Of a stretch of DNA of 64,000 nt, positions 59,271 to 64,000 are shown piece by piece (within the stretch, counting starts at the first letter, position 1; each line of letters begins with the position of its first letter). Source of the DNA: an uncultured Fidelibacterota bacterium. Its GTDB lineage: Bacteria; Fidelibacterota; Marinisomatia; Marinisomatales; Marinisomataceae. The stretch is from positions 14 through 64,013 of the forward strand of contig CACNXV010000002.1 of assembly GCA_902624575.1 (NCBI GenBank), written 5' to 3'. A model generated the notes under the pieces. That model was not told the origin of the DNA. It did not search any database and saw only the letters and a list, made by a program, of their open reading frames with translations. The translations under genes were made by a program, and so were the position numbers.

Positions 59271-60179
59271 TTGAAAAAAATTATATCAATTTTTGGTCCA
59301 ACCGGAATTGGTAAAACAGATATTGCAATAGAATTAGCAAAAAAAGATAATGGTGAAATAATAGGTGTTGATTCTAGGCAAATTTATAAGGGTATTCCCG
59401 TAGGGACAGCTCAACCTTCGAAAAAACAATTATGTGAAGCAAAGCACCACTTAATTGGATTTAAGGACTTAAATGAAAAAGTCTCGGCAGGCGAATACCT
59501 TAATTTAATTGATAATAAGATTGACGATATTTTATCAAGAAATAAAAATCCTATTTTATGTGGTGGTACGGGAATGTATTTCAATACTCTCATTGAAGGT
59601 ATTTTTGAAGGTAGTCATACAAATGAAGCAATAAGATTTAGGCTTGAAAATGAATATGAAAGAAATAAAAAAAATCTTTATGAGAAGCTTCAAAAAGTAG
59701 ATCCAGAATACTCAAAAAAAGTTCATCCAAATAATAAGAAAAGACTTTTAAGGGCTTTAGAAATATATGAAACTACAGGAAAGCCAATATCCAAAAATTT
59801 TAATTTGAAAAATAACAAGAGTAAGTATTTTGAGAATTACCATTACGTTTATTTAAAATTAAACAAAGAATTATTAGACGCTAGGTTAAAGATCAGAATA
59901 GAGAAAATGCTTCAAGAGGGAATGATCTCTGAAGTTGAAAAAATTTGTATTAAAAATATTGATATTTCCCATATCAATTATATTGGCTTTAGAGAAGTGT
60001 CTCAATTTTTAGACAAAAAAATATCAATGGAAGAATGTATAGAAAATATTCACATAAGAACTCGTCAATATGCCAAAAGACAAAACAAATGGTTTAAATC
60101 ACATTTTTATAATGATAGTGTTGAAGTGCAATATAATTCAATAAATGATATTGTTGATAAATTGAAACAAATAAACTAA
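59271..60179 (+). CDS. miaA: tRNA dimethylallyltransferase
   Basis: 302 aa. P-loop GPTG.GKT, DS.QIY.G...GTA.P, HHL, GGTG.Y and R..RALE. TTG start directly after the upstream stop. Confidence 0.9.
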   Translation: MKKIISIFGPTGIGKTDIAIELAKKDNGEIIGVDSRQIYKGIPVGTAQPSKKQLCEAKHHLIGFKDLNEKVSAGEYLNLIDNKIDDILSRNKNPILCGGTGMYFNTLIEGIFEGSHTNEAIRFRLENEYERNKKNLYEKLQKVDPEYSKKVHPNNKKRLLRALEIYETTGKPISKNFNLKNNKSKYFENYHYVYLKLNKELLDARLKIRIEKMLQEGMISEVEKICIKNIDISHINYIGFREVSQFLDKKISMEECIENIHIRTRQYAKRQNKWFKSHFYNDSVEVQYNSINDIVDKLKQIN

Positions 60180-60205
60180 TTTTCGCAAACAATTGGAGAA
60201 AAAAA

Positions 60206-61135
60206 ATGCTTAAGAGCAAACATCTTATAGGTCTTGAAAATTTTCCAATTTCTGATTTGAATAAAATAATTGATACATCTTTTAAATTTAAAGACATCTT
60301 GCAAACCGAAGAAAGAAAAGCAATTCTTCTTAAAGGTAAAACAATTGTAAATATGTTTTTTGAGAACTCAACAAGGACCAAAATTAGTTTTTCATTGGCA
60401 GAAAAAAGATTAGGTGCTGATAGTATTAATTTTTCTGCATCAACAAGTAGTGTTAAAAAAGGAGAAACCTTAAAAGATACTGTTCAAAATATTGAATCAA
60501 TGAAAATTGATGGTGCTGTTATTAGACATAGCCACCCTGGATCATCTCTTGAGCTGACAAAGTATATCGACGGTTCAGTCATTAATGCTGGTGACGGCTC
60601 ACATGAGCATCCAACCCAAGCAATACTTGATATGGTAACTCTGAAAGAAAAATTTGGAAAAATTAAAGGTTTAAAAGTTGGAATAGTTGGCGATATTTTA
60701 AACAGCCGAGTTGCTAGAAGCGATATTTTTGCTTTAAAAAAACTTGGAGCAGAAGTGGTAGTATGTGGTCCGAGTACACTATTACCAAGCGACGCAAAAA
60801 AACTTGGAATCAATATTACATATAATTTAGATGAAGTTTTAAGCTGGTGTGACGCAGTAATAGCTTTACGAATTCAACTTGAAAGAATGCATTTGGGAAG
60901 AATTCCTTCTAAAAGAGAATATCATAGTGAATTTGGTCTAACTTTTGAGAGAATAAGTAAATTAAAAAAAGACATTGTCATTATGCACCCCGGTCCGATG
61001 AATAGAGGGGTTGAAATTGATAGTAAAGTCGCAGACTCTGAAAATGCAGTAATTCTTGATCAAGTTTTAAATGGTGTTGCATCTAGAATGTCAATTTTAT
61101 ATTTACTTTTAAATGATGGAAAAAATAATTTATGA
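60206..61135 (+). CDS. pyrB: aspartate carbamoyltransferase catalytic subunit
   Basis: 309 aa. F.E.STRT..SF, HPTQA.LD, GD...SRVA.S, HPGP.NRG.EI. Confidence 0.92.
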   Translation: MLKSKHLIGLENFPISDLNKIIDTSFKFKDILQTEERKAILLKGKTIVNMFFENSTRTKISFSLAEKRLGADSINFSASTSSVKKGETLKDTVQNIESMKIDGAVIRHSHPGSSLELTKYIDGSVINAGDGSHEHPTQAILDMVTLKEKFGKIKGLKVGIVGDILNSRVARSDIFALKKLGAEVVVCGPSTLLPSDAKKLGINITYNLDEVLSWCDAVIALRIQLERMHLGRIPSKREYHSEFGLTFERISKLKKDIVIMHPGPMNRGVEIDSKVADSENAVILDQVLNGVASRMSILYLLLNDGKNNL

Positions 61136-62427
61136 TGAAAAGTAAAAATCTCAGAAAGGTGCTTCTAAAGTCAGGCAGAATAATTGATCCTTTTTCTAAA
61201 AAAACTTTTAAGGGTGATATACTTATTGAAAACGGAAAAATTTCGAAAATTGGATCATCCATCCCATTTAGAGGTAAAGGATATGACATAATTGATTGTA
61301 AAGGTTTAGTAGTAACACATGGCTTTTGTGATATTCATGTTCATTTTCGTGAGCCTGGTAGAGAAGATAAAGAAACTTTAGAAACCGGAGCTAATGCTGC
61401 AATTGCTGGTGGTTTTACGCAAGTTTGTACTATGGCAAATACCAACCCAGTAATTGACTCTCCAGAACACATACATTATATCGTTAGTAAAAGCGAAAAG
61501 CTTCCAGTAGACATTTTTCCAATAGGTGCTGTATCAAAAAATCAAGAAGGTAAAGATTTAACTGAGATGCTTTTAATGCAAAAAAATGGAGCTGTTGCAT
61601 TTAGTGATGATGGTCTTCCAATTCAAAATGCTCAATTCATGAAATTAGCGTTAACGTATTCTAAAATGTTAAATGTTCCAATAATGAATCATGCAGAAGA
61701 TATTTTTTTAAGAAATGATGGAGTTATGAATGCTTCAACAACTTCAAATAATTTAGGCTTGAAAGGTAATTCAAGTTTAGCAGAAGCAGTAATGGTTTAT
61801 AGAGATTTAATTTTAGCTACCTCAATGAATTGCAAGCTTCATTTATTACATTTGTCAACAAAAGAATCTGTTGATTTACTTAAACAATTTAAATCTAAGA
61901 AAAACCTAATTTCGTCTGAAGTATCTCCACATCATTTATATTTTGTTGATGAAGATATTGAAAATTTTAATACTAATCTAAAAGTAGGTCCACCAATCAG
62001 AGGAAAGGCAGATAGGAAAGCTTTAATAGAAGCAATTAAATCTGGACTAATTGATTGTATTGCAACAGATCATGCACCTCACACTATTGAGGACAAAGAA
62101 ACTACTTTTAATGATGCTGAATTTGGTATGATAGGTTTGGAATCATGTTTTGGTGTTGTTAATAAGGTTTTAGTAAAAGAGAATGGAATGAGCTTAAAAT
62201 CCTTAATTGAAAAGTTGACTGTTAATCCAAGAAAAGTTATGAATTTAGACGCAAATCTTTTTGTTGAAGGAAAGCATGCTCAAATAACAATTTTTGATCC
62301 AAATAAAAAATGGGTTTTTGAAGATAAGCACATACAATCTAAATCTTCTAATTCTCCTTTCCTCGGAAAAGAATTGACTGGAAAGATAAAATATATCCTT
62401 TCAAAAAATCAAATTTTCTCAATATAA
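61132..62427 (+). CDS. pyrC: dihydroorotase (class I, multifunctional-complex type)
   Basis: 431 aa. DIHVHFREPG, H.ED, ATDHAPH. ATGA overlap with pyrB. Confidence 0.85.
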   Translation: MMKSKNLRKVLLKSGRIIDPFSKKTFKGDILIENGKISKIGSSIPFRGKGYDIIDCKGLVVTHGFCDIHVHFREPGREDKETLETGANAAIAGGFTQVCTMANTNPVIDSPEHIHYIVSKSEKLPVDIFPIGAVSKNQEGKDLTEMLLMQKNGAVAFSDDGLPIQNAQFMKLALTYSKMLNVPIMNHAEDIFLRNDGVMNASTTSNNLGLKGNSSLAEAVMVYRDLILATSMNCKLHLLHLSTKESVDLLKQFKSKKNLISSEVSPHHLYFVDEDIENFNTNLKVGPPIRGKADRKALIEAIKSGLIDCIATDHAPHTIEDKETTFNDAEFGMIGLESCFGVVNKVLVKENGMSLKSLIEKLTVNPRKVMNLDANLFVEGKHAQITIFDPNKKWVFEDKHIQSKSSNSPFLGKELTGKIKYILSKNQIFSI

Positions 62428-62444
62428 AATCAAAGTTTTTATCA

Positions 62445-62473
62445 TTGACTAATGGAATCACATCAGTTAAGTT
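62445..62473 (+). promoter_or_regulatory. candidate sigma70-type promoter for rplM-rpsI-rpsB
   Basis: TTGACT (62445-50), 17-bp spacer, TAAGTT (62468-73), located in the 67-bp gap upstream of rplM. Motif match only. Confidence 0.25.
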
Positions 62474-62494
62474 CTGAGGCATTTTTACTATAAT

Positions 62495-62932
62495 ATGAAA
62501 AAAGTAACTAAAACAATATCTGCAAAAGATGTCAACCAACAATGGTGGTTGCTTGATGCGAAAGATCAAGTATTAGGACGATTTGCGTCCGAAGTTGCAC
62601 AGGTTTTACGTGGTAAACATAGAACTGACTATTCTCCTAATATTTACATGGGCGATGCAGTTATAGTTATTAATGCTGAAAAAATCAGAGTAACTGGCAG
62701 TAAATCTGACACCAAAAAGTATTTTAGACATTCTGGTTATCCAGGTGGTGTAAAATATGCAAGTTTTAGCGAGTTAATGAAAAATGATTGTGACAAAGTT
62801 ATTTTAAATGCTGTAAAGGGGATGCTTCCTAAAAACAAATTAGGAAGAGAAATTTCAAAGCATATTAGAGTTTACAAGGATGATAATCATAATCAGTCAG
62901 CTCAACAGCCAAAAAAATGGGGTTCTAATTAA
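62495..62932 (+). CDS. rplM: 50S ribosomal protein L13
   Basis: 145 aa. W...DA....LGR.AS..A..LRGKH...Y.P and H.G.PGG. Confidence 0.95.
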   Translation: MKKVTKTISAKDVNQQWWLLDAKDQVLGRFASEVAQVLRGKHRTDYSPNIYMGDAVIVINAEKIRVTGSKSDTKKYFRHSGYPGGVKYASFSELMKNDCDKVILNAVKGMLPKNKLGREISKHIRVYKDDNHNQSAQQPKKWGSN

Positions 62933-63330
62933 TGAAAAAAGATCTTTTTAATGGTATCGGCAGAAGAAAAAACTCAACTGCGAGAGTTTATTTGTCAGAT
63001 GGAAAAGGAGATTTCAACATTAATAATTCATTCAATAGTATTGATTCATACTTAAAAAGGGAGTCATTAGTAATTCACGCAGTTAAACCTTTAGAAATTT
63101 TAAATTTAAAAGGTAAGTATGATATAAAAATTAATGTTCAGGGTGGAGGACTTACAGGTCAAGCTGGAGCTATTCAGCTAGGAATTGCAAGAGCTCTTTT
63201 AAAGATTGATGATGAGTTTCGTCCTCAATTAAAATCACATGGTTTATTAACAAGAGATGCAAGAGAGGTTGAAAGAAAGAAATATGGTCAGCCTGGCGCA
63301 CGTAAGAAATTCCAATTCTCAAAGAGATAA
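62932..63330 (+). CDS. rpsI: 30S ribosomal protein S9
   Basis: 132 aa. GRRK...ARV.L..G.G, GGG..GQA.A...GIARAL, and LTRD.R..ERKK.G...ARK..QFSKR at the C-terminus. Confidence 0.95.
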   Translation: MKKDLFNGIGRRKNSTARVYLSDGKGDFNINNSFNSIDSYLKRESLVIHAVKPLEILNLKGKYDIKINVQGGGLTGQAGAIQLGIARALLKIDDEFRPQLKSHGLLTRDAREVERKKYGQPGARKKFQFSKR

Positions 63331-63332
63331 AT

Positions 63333-64000
63333 ATGCAAAAAATTACAAAAGAAGATTTATTAAATTCAGGTGCCCATTTTGGTCACGTAAGTAGTAAGAC
63401 AGACCCTAATTTCAAAGACTTCGTTGTTTCTTCAAAAAATGGTATTGATATCATCAACCTGGATGATACATTAAATGGCCTTGAAAAAGCTCTTAACTTT
63501 GTTTCTAACGTTGTACAACGTAATGGAGAAGTTTTATTTGTTGGTACAAAAAAACACGCAAAGGACGTTATCCAGCAAGAGGCGGATAGATGTGGTATGT
63601 TCTATGTAGTTGAGAGATGGCTTGGTGGTACATTAACAAATTTCTCTACTGTTAAGAAAAGTATTAAAAGATTACATGCTTTAGAAAAGGAAGGTTCTTC
63701 TATATTTGAAGACTTAACCAAAAAAGAACTTTTAAAATTAAATAGAGAAAAAATAAAATTATCTGATCAGCATCGCGGCATTAAAGATATGAAGAAATTA
63801 CCTAACGTAATTGTTATTGTCGATGGTAAGACAGAATCAATTGCAATTCAAGAGGCAAAAAAGCTAGAAATACCAATAATTTGCATTGTTGATTCAAATA
63901 CAGACCCTACATTATGTGAATTTCCAATACCTGCCAACGATGATTCAATTCGTACAATTCAACTTCTAATTAATGAGATTGCCAATACTATTGTCTCACT
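63333..64000 (+). CDS. rpsB: 30S ribosomal protein S2, 3'-truncated by the window end
   Basis: Not in the ORF track because there is no stop in the window. Hand translation begins MQKITKEDLLNSGAHFGHVSSKTDPNFKDF... and includes LFVGTKK.A and RWLGG.LTNF motifs. Conserved rplM-rpsI-rpsB order. Confidence 0.9.
   Translation, partial: MQKITKEDLLNSGAHFGHVSSKTDPNFKDFVVSSKNGIDIINLDDTLNGLEKALNFVSNVVQRNGEVLFVGTKKHAKDVIQQEADRCGMFYVVERWLGGTLTNFSTVKKSIKRLHALEKEGSSIFEDLTKKELLKLNREKIKLSDQHRGIKDMKKLPNVIVIVDGKTESIAIQEAKKLEIPIICIVDSNTDPTLCEFPIPANDDSIRTIQLLINEIANTIVS

Noticed and set aside
62489-62494. Perfect TATAAT hexamer directly abutting the rplM start codon.
   Set aside because: As a -10 element it would place the transcription start inside the coding sequence. 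The upstream TTGACT-17 bp-TAAGTT pair is a more sensible, though still unproven, promoter.
1-64000. Scan for CRISPR arrays, tRNA/rRNA/tmRNA genes, transposases, toxin-antitoxin pairs, restriction-modification or other defence genes.
   Set aside because: No intergenic gap exceeds about 105 nt once the micro-ORFs are placed. No spaced direct-repeat array is visible, and every ORF of 100 aa or more has a housekeeping or membrane-protein assignment. Nothing supports such features here.

Overview
This 64-kb window is visibly AT-rich (about 30% G+C by eye, not computed) and extremely gene-dense. It looks like the core chromosome of a streamlined diderm bacterium: Lol lipoprotein sorting, an MltD-like lytic transglycosylase, a heptose nucleotidyltransferase, Na+-NQR and Ccm are all present. 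A marine FCB-group or Marinimicrobia-like origin is only a guess.

I support 68 protein-coding genes, 66 on the + strand and 2 on the - strand. Many have 1-, 4- or 8-nt start/stop overlaps. No intergenic gap is large enough for a tRNA or rRNA gene, and I see no CRISPR array, transposase, prophage or defence island.

Main blocks, in order:
- cmk-rpsA, tsaD, serS, plsC, an MltD-like gene, an HU-family gene, nadK and pepC.
- A proline dehydrogenase on the - strand.
- A Na+ bioenergetic cluster: nqrABCDEF-apbE, a convergent nqrM-like micro-ORF and nhaD.
- A PduO-type adenosyltransferase, nrnA, ispH-pdxS-pdxT-dxs and a methylmalonyl-CoA mutase catalytic subunit.
- A variant System I cytochrome c maturation operon (ccmE-F-A-B-C plus two micro-ORFs) whose CcmE has CxxxY in place of HxxxY.
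- An archaeal-type (type II) GAPDH homologue and tilS-ftsH-folP-cdaA.
- A PNPOx-like::UbiA/MenA prenyltransferase fusion.
- prfB with its programmed +1 frameshift, lysS, lolC/E-lolE-lolD and dnaK.
- A four-gene MoxR/DUF58 module.
- efp-accB-accC-gcvH, xerD, miaA, pyrB-pyrC and rplM-rpsI-rpsB.

Five genes are missing or truncated in the ORF track and were recovered by reading the sequence: a 31-aa bS22-like basic peptide, a 54-aa NqrM-like protein, two about-30-aa single-helix peptides in the ccm operon, the frameshifted 5' part of prfB, and the 3'-truncated rpsB.

I do not see a clear-cut novel multi-gene system. The best candidates for new biology are the PNPOx::UbiA fusion, the Cys-type Ccm operon with an extra micro-ORF, the bacterial type II GAPDH homologue and the atypical MoxR module. 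All product calls come from motif recognition by eye and from memory of protein families. No database search was run.
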